From assembly GCA_963674965.2 (NCBI GenBank), contig CAXXFL010000004.1, positions 288,001 through 352,000 of the forward strand: a stretch of DNA of 64,000 bases, written 5' to 3'. This document shows, in pieces, positions 27,532-36,749 of the stretch. The notes below the pieces were generated by a model, which did no database searches, was not told the DNA's origin, and worked only from the letters and a program-made list of their open reading frames with translations. A program made the translations under genes and the position numbers. Source of the stretch: a bacterium (GTDB lineage: Bacteria > RBG-13-61-14 > DATKZS01). Numbering within the stretch: position 1 is the first letter of the stretch; every line of letters starts with the position of its first letter.

Positions 27532-28551
27532 CTATTTCAGCGACGCCGCTTTTTCGGCAATCCGGATCATGTTGAGGGACGAGCCCAGCTTGAGGTTGTC
27601 AAGGCTCATCCAAATCTGGAACGCTCGAGGATGGGTGGGGTCCATTCTTATCCGGCCCACCAGGGCCTCGTCGCTGTCCATGGCCAGGAGGGTATCCGGG
27701 TATCCGCCATTTTCGGGGTCGTCCATGACCGAAAGGCCGGGCGCCGAGTCCAGCGCCTTCTTTATTTCCCCGGGAGTCGCGTCCTCATTGAGCTCGACGT
27801 TAAGGGACAAGGCGAGTCCGCAGAAGACCGGCGCCTGGGCCGCCGTGAGGCAGATGGGAATATCCTGGCCCATGAGCCGCGCCAGTTCCGCCGCCGGACC
27901 TGACTCGGCTTCCGCGTTTCCCTCACCGTCGAAGGGTCCCACCTGGGGGAAGAGGTTAAAGGCGGCCCTTCTTGGAAATTTCTCCACCGTCAGGTCCCTC
28001 TGGCCGTAGATATCCACGGTCTGGTTTCCGTGCTCCTCGAAGCCGCCGCCTCCAATGGAGGTCGAGCCATGGATAGTGGTCGCGATTACCCGCTCCACCC
28101 CCCACGACTTCTCCAGAGGCGATACAAGCAGGGCAAGGCCAGAGGCGGTGGCGGAAGGGATCGAGATTATGCGCTTTTCGTCCAGCGCTCCCGCTACCTC
28201 GTCCAGGTTCAAGTCGGCCACGACAAGGGAAGCCGCGGGGTCGAGCCTGAAAGTCGAGGAAGCGTCAATGACCGCCGCGCCGTACTTGGCGGCCGACTCG
28301 GCCATGTCCCTTGCGACCATGGGATGAGCGGCAAAGAAGATAATGTCCATCCCCCGATAAAATTCGGCGGAGAGGGGCTCGACCCTGATCTCGTCGTCGT
28401 TGAAGGGCAGCTTTTCGCCGGCCGTGTTATATGACGCGAAAAGCCTGAGCTCGGAGACGGGAAAATTCCTCTCCTCCATCCTGACCAGGAGTTCCTTGCC
28501 CACCAGGCCGGTCGCGCCCACCAGGGCGACGGTAAATCGCTTTTCGCTCAT
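27532..28551 (-). CDS. Aspartate-semialdehyde dehydrogenase-like protein lacking catalytic Cys/His (Usg-like)
   Basis: VGATGLVG, IDASSTFRL, FNLFPQ, VGRIR, DNLKLG; IPSA replaces NPNC. Confidence 0.85.
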   Translation of the reverse strand: MSEKRFTVALVGATGLVGKELLVRMEERNFPVSELRLFASYNTAGEKLPFNDDEIRVEPLSAEFYRGMDIIFFAAHPMVARDMAESAAKYGAAVIDASSTFRLDPAASLVVADLNLDEVAGALDEKRIISIPSATASGLALLVSPLEKSWGVERVIATTIHGSTSIGGGGFEEHGNQTVDIYGQRDLTVEKFPRRAAFNLFPQVGPFDGEGNAEAESGPAAELARLMGQDIPICLTAAQAPVFCGLALSLNVELNEDATPGEIKKALDSAPGLSVMDDPENGGYPDTLLAMDSDEALVGRIRMDPTHPRAFQIWMSLDNLKLGSSLNMIRIAEKAASLK

Positions 28552-28585
28552 CACTCTTTAACCAGGCCGCCGGGAAAGAGCGGGC

Positions 28586-29710
28586 TCACTTGATAAGTCC
28601 TTTTTCCGCCAACTCTCCCACTCCCTTGTCGACGAGGTCAACCACGCCCTCCTCCTCGACGGCCCAGTCGAGAAACACGGGCAGGCCCCGCTCGAAGCTT
28701 GTCTCGGCCTTGAAGTTCAACACGTTCCCGAGGCGCGTCACGTCGGCGTAGCAATGGCGTATGTCTCCCGACCGGAACTGACCGCGTATTTCGTGATCCA
28801 TGTCGCCGCCCAGGCCGTCCCTTACCGCCTCGGCCACCTGGATGACGGAGAGGGGCCGGCCGGTGCCCACGTTAACGGCCACCGCGTCTTTACCATCCCA
28901 CTCGAGGGCCGCCAGGTTGGCCCGAGCGATGTCGCGAACGTAGGTAAAGTCCCGCCGCTGCTCTCCATCCTCGAAGATGATCGCCGGCTTCTTGGTCAAT
29001 ACCCGGGAGGCCACGATGGCCAGAAGGCCCGTGTATGGATTGCTCAGCGCCTGTCTGGGCCCGTAAACGTTGAAGTAACGAAGGGCCACCGTCGGTATTT
29101 TATAAGCTCTTCCCACCACCAGGGCCAGGTCCTCGGTGGTCTTCTTGCCGATCGCGTATACGGACTCGGATATCCGTGTCTTGCCCTCGTCGGTGGGAAC
29201 GGCCTCGAGCTTCTCCCCACAGTCGCAGCGGAGGTCCCATTCCTTGCGAGCGAACTGCTCGTCCGACCTGACCTTGGGAGCCACCAGGCCGCACTTGGGA
29301 CACTTGTAGCGGCCCTCCCCGTAAATCGACATCGAGCTGGCCACGACCAGCTTGCGGGTCTTCTCCGCCCCCCTGTCGACCAGGGCCTGGAGCAGGGCCG
29401 CCGTCACGCAGTCGTTGCCGTGAACGTACTTCTCGATCTCGTATTGGGACTGGGCCACGCCCACCATGGCCGCCTGGTGGCAGACCATGGTCACCCCGTC
29501 AAGGGCCTTGTCCAGGGCATCCCTGTCCCTTACGTCGCCCTTGATGAACCGGGCCTCGGGATTAAGATAATCGGGCCGACCGGCGTTCTCGCCGTGCACC
29601 TGCGGCTCGAGGCAGTCCAGTATTACAACCTCGTATCCCTTCTCCAGCAGATGGTCGGCAATATGGGACCCGATGAATCCCGCCCCTCCGGTAATGAGTA
29701 CTTTTTCCAT
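28586..29710 (-). CDS. NAD-dependent nucleotide-sugar epimerase/dehydratase
   Basis: ITGGAGFIGSH, YAIGK (YxxxK), LRYFNVYGP, RDFTYV. Confidence 0.93.
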   Translation of the reverse strand: MEKVLITGGAGFIGSHIADHLLEKGYEVVILDCLEPQVHGENAGRPDYLNPEARFIKGDVRDRDALDKALDGVTMVCHQAAMVGVAQSQYEIEKYVHGNDCVTAALLQALVDRGAEKTRKLVVASSMSIYGEGRYKCPKCGLVAPKVRSDEQFARKEWDLRCDCGEKLEAVPTDEGKTRISESVYAIGKKTTEDLALVVGRAYKIPTVALRYFNVYGPRQALSNPYTGLLAIVASRVLTKKPAIIFEDGEQRRDFTYVRDIARANLAALEWDGKDAVAVNVGTGRPLSVIQVAEAVRDGLGGDMDHEIRGQFRSGDIRHCYADVTRLGNVLNFKAETSFERGLPVFLDWAVEEEGVVDLVDKGVGELAEKGLIK

Positions 29711-29772
29711 TGACACTTCCTTTCGATCCTAAAGCCCTTCGGCCTTGGCGACTGACGTATCGCGCCACGAAA

Positions 29773-30936
29773 CTATCTCGACGCCTTCTCCGGCCATCTT
29801 TTCACGAGGTCGTCGATTATGGCCCCGGCGATTTTTTCACTGGTGCATTTTTCCATGAACAGGGCGTGTCCCCTTTCGGCCAGCGACCTCCTCAGTTCGG
29901 GGTCTTCCTTAAGCCTGAGGATGTTATCCGCCAGCCTCACCGCGTCTCCCATGGGGCTAAGCACGACGTGAACTCCGTCCTCGAGAAGGTCCCGCGCCGC
30001 CCTCGAGTCCCCCGTTATAAGCGGCCTTCTCATGGCCAGGGCCTCGTAGGCCTTATAGGGAATTACGCGGGACGCCTTTTCCGTCGTGCCGAATATGCCC
30101 AGACACACGTCGGAATTCGCGATCATCCGGACAAGTTCGGCGTGCGGTATCCACTCTATGAACTTCACGTTCTCGAGACCGAGCTTTTCCGCCTTGGCCT
30201 TTATCTCCGGGTAGAGCTGGCCCTTGCCAACGAAGGTGAACCTGACGTCTTGGCGGTCCCTCAAGATATCGGCCGCCTCCAACTGCACGTCAAGGCCGTG
30301 GAGGGGAATGTACGAGCTGTACGAAATACAGTCCAGGACTCCATCCTCCTCGGGCCAGTCGCGCGGATAAAAATTCTTCTCGTCCGTGCCCAGGGGGATG
30401 GCCAGGAATTTTTTTCGGTCAAGCCCGAACTCCTCACAAAAATAATCCACGTGTTCCCAGGTGTCTAGAAGAACCAGGTCCGCGAGCCGGCAGGACCAGC
30501 GGTCGATGGCCCATAGAAGCCGGGCCCGGAAGGAACCCTTTGGATACAGCCCCCTGTCCTCCACCACCGTGTCGAAAAGGGAATAAAAGGCGTCGAACAC
30601 GATGGGCTTTCGCCTGATCGAGCCAAGTATCCAGGCCGGGAACATGTCGATGTGCCCGATATAGCCCACGCAAAGAAAATCGTGGTCCGGGCCGGTCAGG
30701 TAGCGGTAGGCCAGGCGGGCGTAAGTACGGAGGAAAGCCCGGGCCTGGGCGGCCATGCCCTTTTCGAGTCCGGCCATTTTTTCCTCGTGCGTGGCCCACA
30801 CGTCCAGTTGGCAGGGCGTCACCTCAACGCCGTTTTTCTCGAGTCCTCCGGTAATGGCGTTGTTGCGGGCGTATTCCTCGCCCTTGCTGTAGGTGCCAAA
30901 ATAACAGACCCTCAATTTATCTTTCGCCCTCGACAT
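29773..30936 (-). CDS. GT4 family glycosyltransferase
   Basis: YIPLHG, CLGIFG..KASRVIPYKAYEALAM. Confidence 0.88.
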   Translation of the reverse strand: MSRAKDKLRVCYFGTYSKGEEYARNNAITGGLEKNGVEVTPCQLDVWATHEEKMAGLEKGMAAQARAFLRTYARLAYRYLTGPDHDFLCVGYIGHIDMFPAWILGSIRRKPIVFDAFYSLFDTVVEDRGLYPKGSFRARLLWAIDRWSCRLADLVLLDTWEHVDYFCEEFGLDRKKFLAIPLGTDEKNFYPRDWPEEDGVLDCISYSSYIPLHGLDVQLEAADILRDRQDVRFTFVGKGQLYPEIKAKAEKLGLENVKFIEWIPHAELVRMIANSDVCLGIFGTTEKASRVIPYKAYEALAMRRPLITGDSRAARDLLEDGVHVVLSPMGDAVRLADNILRLKEDPELRRSLAERGHALFMEKCTSEKIAGAIIDDLVKRWPEKASR

Positions 30937-30956
30937 GAGAATTCCTCAACCCGGTC

Positions 30957-32378
30957 CTACGCGGTTTTCGCCCGTCCCCCCGCCACGCGGGACTTAAGCC
31001 ACCATCCAAAGAGCGCCGCTCCCTTTCGCGCCCCCTCGAAAAGTTCTCCCGCGCTTTTAACCTTCATCAGCCGCGAGGCCACGTATCCGGGCCTGAAGTA
31101 AAACGCCCGGTGGGCCATCCTTGCCGCTTGATCCAGCCTTTCCGGGGTCCAGTAGCCGTCCATAATAAACGGCCTTCCTTGCCCCATCTCCGCCGGTCCC
31201 AGGGCGGGGGCTCGCTTGACCCATCCCCTCTCGTCGGCCCACTTGTAAAGCTCGGTCCCGGGAAAGGGGGAGAGGACGCCGAACTGGGCGTAGTCCGCCT
31301 TCATCGATATGGCCAGCTTGACCGTTTCCATCTCGTCCTCGATGGTCTCCCCGGGAATGCCCAGCATGAAATATCCCAGCGTCGAGAGTCCCTCTTCCCT
31401 CGCCATGGCAAAGGCATCGCGCGCCATCTCGACGGTGACGTCCTTTTTTAAGAACTCGAGTCCGGCGGTACCGGCGGTCTCGACGCCAAAGGCGATAAGC
31501 TCGCAACCCGCCCGCTTCATCCACCGCAGGATTTCCCGGTCCACGCGGTTGACCCGTCCCTCGCATTTCCAGCTTATCTGGAGCCCGCGCTCGACGATGC
31601 CCCGGCATATAGCCAGAACGCGCTCCCGGTCGAAGGTAAAAAGGTCATCGTAAATTATAACCTTGCGAATGCCCTCTTTCAAAACGATTTCCTCGATCTC
31701 GGCCAGCACGTTCTCGGCGGACCTGGCCCGGTATCTCTTTCCGCAGACGTTTTTATCGCAGAACAGGCAGCGATAGGGGCACCCCCTCGAGGTAATTAGG
31801 CTCGTCACCGGCTCGGCGCCGAAAAGGGGATGGCGGTATCGGTCGCGGGGCAATGACCTCCTGTCAGGGAAAGGCAAAGCGTCAAGATCGGATATCTTGG
31901 GCCAGTCCCCCGGTCCCCGCTCCTCGCCGGGTACCAGGACGCCGGGTATTTCCCCGGCACGCGCCCGTCCGCCCTCAAGAAAAAGACGCGCCAGGCGGGG
32001 AAGGCTTTCCTCGCCCTCACCGCACACCACCGCGTCAAGCGGAACGGGACACTCATTGAAAACGGCCGAGCCAACGGCCGAGGCGTGCGCCCCTCCAAGA
32101 ACAAGGCGAGGGGCAACGGGCCGAAGGCGCTCGAGCACCGAAAAAGCGGACTCGAGGGTCGGCGTCATGGCGGTAAGTCCCACCACCTGGGGCGAAATCC
32201 TTTTTACTGCCCGCTCGATCTCGGAGGGGCCAAGACCCAGGGCGTCCGCGTCGATAAGCTCTGTCTCGATACCCTCCTTTTTAAGCGCCGCCGAGAGGTA
32301 AGCGAGCCCGATCGGAGGAGTGAGTATTCGCGCCGCCGTTCCCTCGGACACGGGAGGATTGATAAGGACCACGCTCAT
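30957..32378 (-). CDS. B12-binding radical SAM protein
   Basis: PPIGLAYL, LGGAH, GEGE, TSRGCPYRCLFC, YDDLFT. Confidence 0.92.
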   Translation of the reverse strand: MSVVLINPPVSEGTAARILTPPIGLAYLSAALKKEGIETELIDADALGLGPSEIERAVKRISPQVVGLTAMTPTLESAFSVLERLRPVAPRLVLGGAHASAVGSAVFNECPVPLDAVVCGEGEESLPRLARLFLEGGRARAGEIPGVLVPGEERGPGDWPKISDLDALPFPDRRSLPRDRYRHPLFGAEPVTSLITSRGCPYRCLFCDKNVCGKRYRARSAENVLAEIEEIVLKEGIRKVIIYDDLFTFDRERVLAICRGIVERGLQISWKCEGRVNRVDREILRWMKRAGCELIAFGVETAGTAGLEFLKKDVTVEMARDAFAMAREEGLSTLGYFMLGIPGETIEDEMETVKLAISMKADYAQFGVLSPFPGTELYKWADERGWVKRAPALGPAEMGQGRPFIMDGYWTPERLDQAARMAHRAFYFRPGYVASRLMKVKSAGELFEGARKGAALFGWWLKSRVAGGRAKTA

Positions 32379-33418
32379 GAGTTCTCCAGGGCCGCCATCT
32401 CGCGCCGGCTTAGCCCGTAAGCCTTAAGCCACGCGGCCATGGTCCCGGGAGCCACGGCCCGTTTTCTTTTCCATTCCCGCCGAAGGGAAAGGTCGGTCCT
32501 CGCTCGGCCAAGCGCCGCAAGGTAGGCCCTGCAAATGGACCATAAAACCGCCGGAATCGAGAAACCCTTCCCCGTTTTATCGTCCCCGTCGCCCGCCGCC
32601 TTCCCGGCTACCTTTAACGCTCCTCTAAACATGGCCCAGTATCTCATCGCCGTAAAAATCGGGCTAAGCATGACGTAGCGCGCCGGGTAGTAGCGGATGA
32701 GGATGGCGATCCTGTTCCGTTCCACCAGGTAGGCCTTGGCCGGGCTGATCATGCCAAGAGTGCCGCCCCCTCCCCGGTGGTAAACGTAAGCGTCGTCGGC
32801 CAGCGCGCATTCATATCCCATCAGCCTCACCTTAAGGCCAAGGTCGGTGTCCTCGCTGTATGCGAAGAAATCCTCGTCAAAGCCGCCTATCCGGCTGAAA
32901 ACCTCACGCTTTATCATCATGGCGCAGCCGCTGGGTAAGAGGACCGATGGACCAAAGACCTCCGCTTCCCTCCTGAAATGATACGCCCCCCTGCTCATTC
33001 CGTCCAGTCCCAGTTTGACTCCGACGTTGTCAAGCGCGCCGTCGTCGCGGCTAACCAAAATCCTGCACGCCGCCATGGCCGCGTTCCGCTCGAGTGAAAC
33101 GGCCCTCAAGGTCCGCTCGACCCAGCGGGGGTCCGCGACCGCGTCGTTATTGATAAGGGCCAGCCATTCTCCCGAGGCCTCCCTGGCCCCGGCGTTGTTG
33201 CCTCCCGCGAACCCAAGGTTCTCGTCCAGTTCCACAATCTTGACCCAGCCCCCGTGAGCGCGTCGGAGGAGGTCAGCGGAGCCGTCGCTGGACCCATTAT
33301 CCACGACGATTATCTCGTGAAGTGGGACCGTTTGACGGACCAGTGAATCCACGCACTCGATGAGCATGCGCGCCCGGTTATAGTTGACGACGATCGCGGA
33401 GACCGCGGGATACCGCAT
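32375..33418 (-). CDS. GT2 family glycosyltransferase (rhamnosyltransferase-like)
   Basis: IVVNYN, VVDNGSSDGS, NLGFAGGNN, NNDA, GGFDEDFFAYSEDTDL. Confidence 0.92.
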   Translation of the reverse strand: MRYPAVSAIVVNYNRARMLIECVDSLVRQTVPLHEIIVVDNGSSDGSADLLRRAHGGWVKIVELDENLGFAGGNNAGAREASGEWLALINNDAVADPRWVERTLRAVSLERNAAMAACRILVSRDDGALDNVGVKLGLDGMSRGAYHFRREAEVFGPSVLLPSGCAMMIKREVFSRIGGFDEDFFAYSEDTDLGLKVRLMGYECALADDAYVYHRGGGGTLGMISPAKAYLVERNRIAILIRYYPARYVMLSPIFTAMRYWAMFRGALKVAGKAAGDGDDKTGKGFSIPAVLWSICRAYLAALGRARTDLSLRREWKRKRAVAPGTMAAWLKAYGLSRREMAALENS

Positions 33419-34419
33419 TATTTCCCTCGTCTTTTCCGCGCCGCGGCGGCGTGAAAATCGGACCCGATAAGGCCCGAGGACTCGAGGTCCATCTCGAGAT
33501 CGCAAAGGCGTCCAAGCACCTCGAGGTCTTCTTCCCGATCCATGGCAAAATTACCCGCGATGCCGTCAAGAAGTGGATGAAGAAGGGCGCCTCCATAAGG
33601 CTGATCCTCGACCATATCAAACTTCTCCCGGACAAGCGGAAGAATTTCCTCCGACCTTATCGCCTCAAAAGGTGAATCGAGACCGCTACCGTCAACGGGT
33701 GGAACATAGACGCGCCTTTTATAGCCAAAGCCTTTCCTCAGGTCCTTGGCGTACCTTGGATAAAGGCTTTGCAAAACATCATTAATAACGCGCAACTGAT
33801 CTTTTTCCCACTGGAATTTCGACGGACCCACGTACTCGTTGAATATCAGGAGTCCTCCCGGCAACAGCGCCTTTTCAACCTCGGTCAGGACCCTCTCGAG
33901 ATTATCCACGTGATGGAGGCTACTCGCGAAAAAAACCACATTGTAGGACTCGGGCTCGAAACTCGCCTCGTTCACGTCGCATACCTCAAAAAATATCGGA
34001 GCGCCCTTTAATCTCGCCCGCGCCTTGGCGATAGCCTCACTGGACAGGTCGATCGAGTGGAAGCTTATCTCCGCGCCGAGTGAAAGGACGTGCTTCTCCA
34101 GGTCCCCAAAACCGCAGCCCACGTTCAAGGCTTTCCCTATCCCACCTGGCATATGCTTTTCAATAAAATACTCCAGCCAGTTCAAAATCGGATTTCCCGT
34201 TACTCTTATATTATTCCTTTCCCTGATAAAGGGATGATCCTGCCAATTGAGTATCTTGTCCTGGCCTCGGGAGATCGACCAATGCCTTGCCTCCTCCAGC
34301 GCGTGGTCTTCATTCCTCAAGGCCACCCGCGCCTGGTCCCTTAGCAATACATAAGCGCGCCAGGGCTGGTGGAGGGCCAAACCTACCGCCTTCTTGACCT
34401 TGATCCCGCGTGGCTTCAT
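33418..34419 (-). CDS. Class I SAM-dependent methyltransferase
   Basis: LNVGCGFG, IDLS, SLHHV, PGGLLIFNEYVGP. Confidence 0.88.
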   Translation of the reverse strand: MKPRGIKVKKAVGLALHQPWRAYVLLRDQARVALRNEDHALEEARHWSISRGQDKILNWQDHPFIRERNNIRVTGNPILNWLEYFIEKHMPGGIGKALNVGCGFGDLEKHVLSLGAEISFHSIDLSSEAIAKARARLKGAPIFFEVCDVNEASFEPESYNVVFFASSLHHVDNLERVLTEVEKALLPGGLLIFNEYVGPSKFQWEKDQLRVINDVLQSLYPRYAKDLRKGFGYKRRVYVPPVDGSGLDSPFEAIRSEEILPLVREKFDMVEDQPYGGALLHPLLDGIAGNFAMDREEDLEVLGRLCDLEMDLESSGLIGSDFHAAAARKRRGK

Positions 34420-35594
34420 CGTCTTTCCTCGATCAGCTCGCGGTAAAGGGAAGTGAGTTTTTCTCCTAGTTTGTCCATCGAGCGCTCATCCATGACTTTT
34501 TGCCTGCCCTCCCGGCCAAGCTTATCCCGAAGGTCCGCGTCATGGACAAGCCGAGAAACTCCCCTCGCCAGGGAGATAGCGTTTTGTTCTTGATCATCCG
34601 AAAGCTTCGCCCAAGCCGCAGACTCTCCAAGAAGTTCCCGGTTCAGGGGCGTGTCAAAAGCGACGACCGGCAACCCACAGGCCATATAATTGAGTACCTT
34701 GCCGTTCGATTCCGTCCGGGCGATTTTCGGCGCCAGGGCCAGATCGCCCAGGTTAAGATAATCGCGGGCCTGGAAATAATTCACCCTACCCGTGAAGGTC
34801 ACATGGTCTTCAACGCCCAGGGCGACGGCTTTTTCCGGATAATCTCCCAGAGGGTAGCCCATCACCAGGAAATGTACGTTCTCTTTTCTCTCGGCCATTA
34901 TTCCGGCGGCTTTTAAAATCAGGTCCACTCCCTGGTACTCGTTTATAAGGCCGAGATATACAATGATAGTCCGGTCTTGAGGCAAAGACAGGCCGCGTCT
35001 TAACTCATCGCGGGGGTCCCCGGGTCGAAAAGACTCCGAGTCCACGTGGTCCGCCATGGCGCGCGCCCTAAGGCCCCTGGCCGCCAGTTCCTTAGCCATA
35101 ACCTCGGCGCTGGTAATGACCGCGTCCGGCAGAGAGTCGATCATGCCCTCAATCTTCCTCAAGGCCCTGGCCTGCGCCTTATCCTTGGAAACGAAACCGT
35201 GATGCTCGCTTTCCGAGGTCATGCTGCCCTGATAATCGAACAACAAGGGAACGCGGAGTGACTTGCCGATAATATAACCGATAAGACATCCCTCGTGTAG
35301 ATGAGCGTGAATAACGTCGGGCTTATACTTCGCGGCCACAAAAAAGGCCTTGGCCAATAGCAGGGCGTCAAGATAGATTTTATGCCACGAGGGCCCCGCC
35401 TCCAATTTGTTGTAATTTGATATCCTTGGCGTCCTAGCCGTATCGACGCCGGGCGGGTCGTTTCCAATGGGGTAAGTAAGCACGACAACTTCGTGGCCGC
35501 GTTTTTGTAACGCCTTCACCTGTTCGTATATTCTTACGTGACAGCCTCGGTCGGAGAAAAACGGCGTTGGCGCTATCATCAACGCTTTATACAT
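34416..35594 (-). CDS. GT4 family glycosyltransferase
   Basis: APTPFFSDRGCHVRI, HAHLHEG, ESNGKVLNYMACGLPVV. Confidence 0.9.
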   Translation of the reverse strand: MYKALMIAPTPFFSDRGCHVRIYEQVKALQKRGHEVVVLTYPIGNDPPGVDTARTPRISNYNKLEAGPSWHKIYLDALLLAKAFFVAAKYKPDVIHAHLHEGCLIGYIIGKSLRVPLLFDYQGSMTSESEHHGFVSKDKAQARALRKIEGMIDSLPDAVITSAEVMAKELAARGLRARAMADHVDSESFRPGDPRDELRRGLSLPQDRTIIVYLGLINEYQGVDLILKAAGIMAERKENVHFLVMGYPLGDYPEKAVALGVEDHVTFTGRVNYFQARDYLNLGDLALAPKIARTESNGKVLNYMACGLPVVAFDTPLNRELLGESAAWAKLSDDQEQNAISLARGVSRLVHDADLRDKLGREGRQKVMDERSMDKLGEKLTSLYRELIEERR

Positions 35595-36567
35595 CGGCCT
35601 TTTTCCAAATCTCCTTGACGATGTAAGTGGGCTTTTTCTGAGATTCGTAGTAGGTCCTGACCATGACCTCGCCGATCAGACCCAGCATAAGAAGCTGAGT
35701 GCCCACGATCGAGAAAAGAACGCCGATGATGAGGAAAGGGTTTCCGGTCATATCGGTCCCCGAGGCGAATTTCATAATCAGGAGCAGGGCGAAGGATATG
35801 ATCCCGAGGAAAATGGAGGTCAACCCTACCAGGCCGAAAAAATGCGAAGGTCTCGTGAAATAACCCGAGAAAAACTTGAGCGTCACAAGATCTAGTATTA
35901 CGCTCAAGGCGCGCCAGTTGGTGTATTTCGATTTGCCCGAGACGCGGGCATGGTGCTTGACTTCGACCTCAACGATCGACGCGCCCATCAGGTGAGCGAG
36001 AACGGGAATCATGCGGTGCATCTCGCCGTATAAGGATATCTCCCTGATTATCTCCTTGCGATACGCCTTGAGAGTGCAACCGAAGTCTTTAATCTTCACC
36101 CCCGTGAGAATTCTTATAAGAAAATTGCCTAATATCGAAGGCAGTCGCCTCATGATAAAGGAGTCTTTGCGGTCACGCCTCCAGCCGTTGACCACGTCGT
36201 AACCCTCTTCCAGCTTGGCAAGCATCATCGGTATATCGCTCGGGTCGTTTTGGCCGTCCCCGTCCATGCTGATGATCATCTCGCCGCGGGCGTGATCGAA
36301 ACCGGCGGCAAGAGCTGCCGTCTGTCCAAAGTTCCTCCTGAAAGATATCACCGTGACCGAACCGTCATGATCGGAAATATTCTTAAGCGCCTCGCGAGTG
36401 CCGTCAACGCTGCCGTCGTCAATAAATACTATCTCGGTCTCTCCATCTATTTTTTCGCAAGCGGATTTGATCTTGTTGTAAACTCCCACCACGTTGCGGT
36501 TCTCGTTGAAAAAAGGGACAACAATGGTCAGATAGCAGGAAGATTTTTTATCGGGTGGATAGGCCAT
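35587..36567 (-). CDS. GT2 polyprenol-phosphate glycosyltransferase (ArnC/GtrB/DPM-like) with two C-terminal TM helices
   Basis: VVPFFNE, DDGSVDGT, RNFGQTAA, MDGDGQNDP, DFGCTLKAYR. Confidence 0.92.
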   Translation of the reverse strand: MAYPPDKKSSCYLTIVVPFFNENRNVVGVYNKIKSACEKIDGETEIVFIDDGSVDGTREALKNISDHDGSVTVISFRRNFGQTAALAAGFDHARGEMIISMDGDGQNDPSDIPMMLAKLEEGYDVVNGWRRDRKDSFIMRRLPSILGNFLIRILTGVKIKDFGCTLKAYRKEIIREISLYGEMHRMIPVLAHLMGASIVEVEVKHHARVSGKSKYTNWRALSVILDLVTLKFFSGYFTRPSHFFGLVGLTSIFLGIISFALLLIMKFASGTDMTGNPFLIIGVLFSIVGTQLLMLGLIGEVMVRTYYESQKKPTYIVKEIWKKADV

Positions 36568-36696
36568 TATGAAAACTCCATCAGTGAAGCGCTAATTATG
36601 ATATTCGGAGCGATTATCTATTAATAAGACAACGGTTTGCGAATAAAGTTTATCGTTCTTTTTCGCTCGGTTACTATCTTATTACACTTCCAGAAT

Positions 36697-36732
36697 AAAA
36701 AAAAGCGGCGCTCCATGAGGAACGCCGCTTTT
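36697..36732 (-). terminator. Strong intrinsic terminator of the giant surface-protein gene
   Basis: On the minus strand: AAAAGCGGCGTTCC-TCAT-GGAGCGCCGC-T8. Confidence 0.88.
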
Positions 36733-36749
36733 GGCTGTTGGTTTTACAA

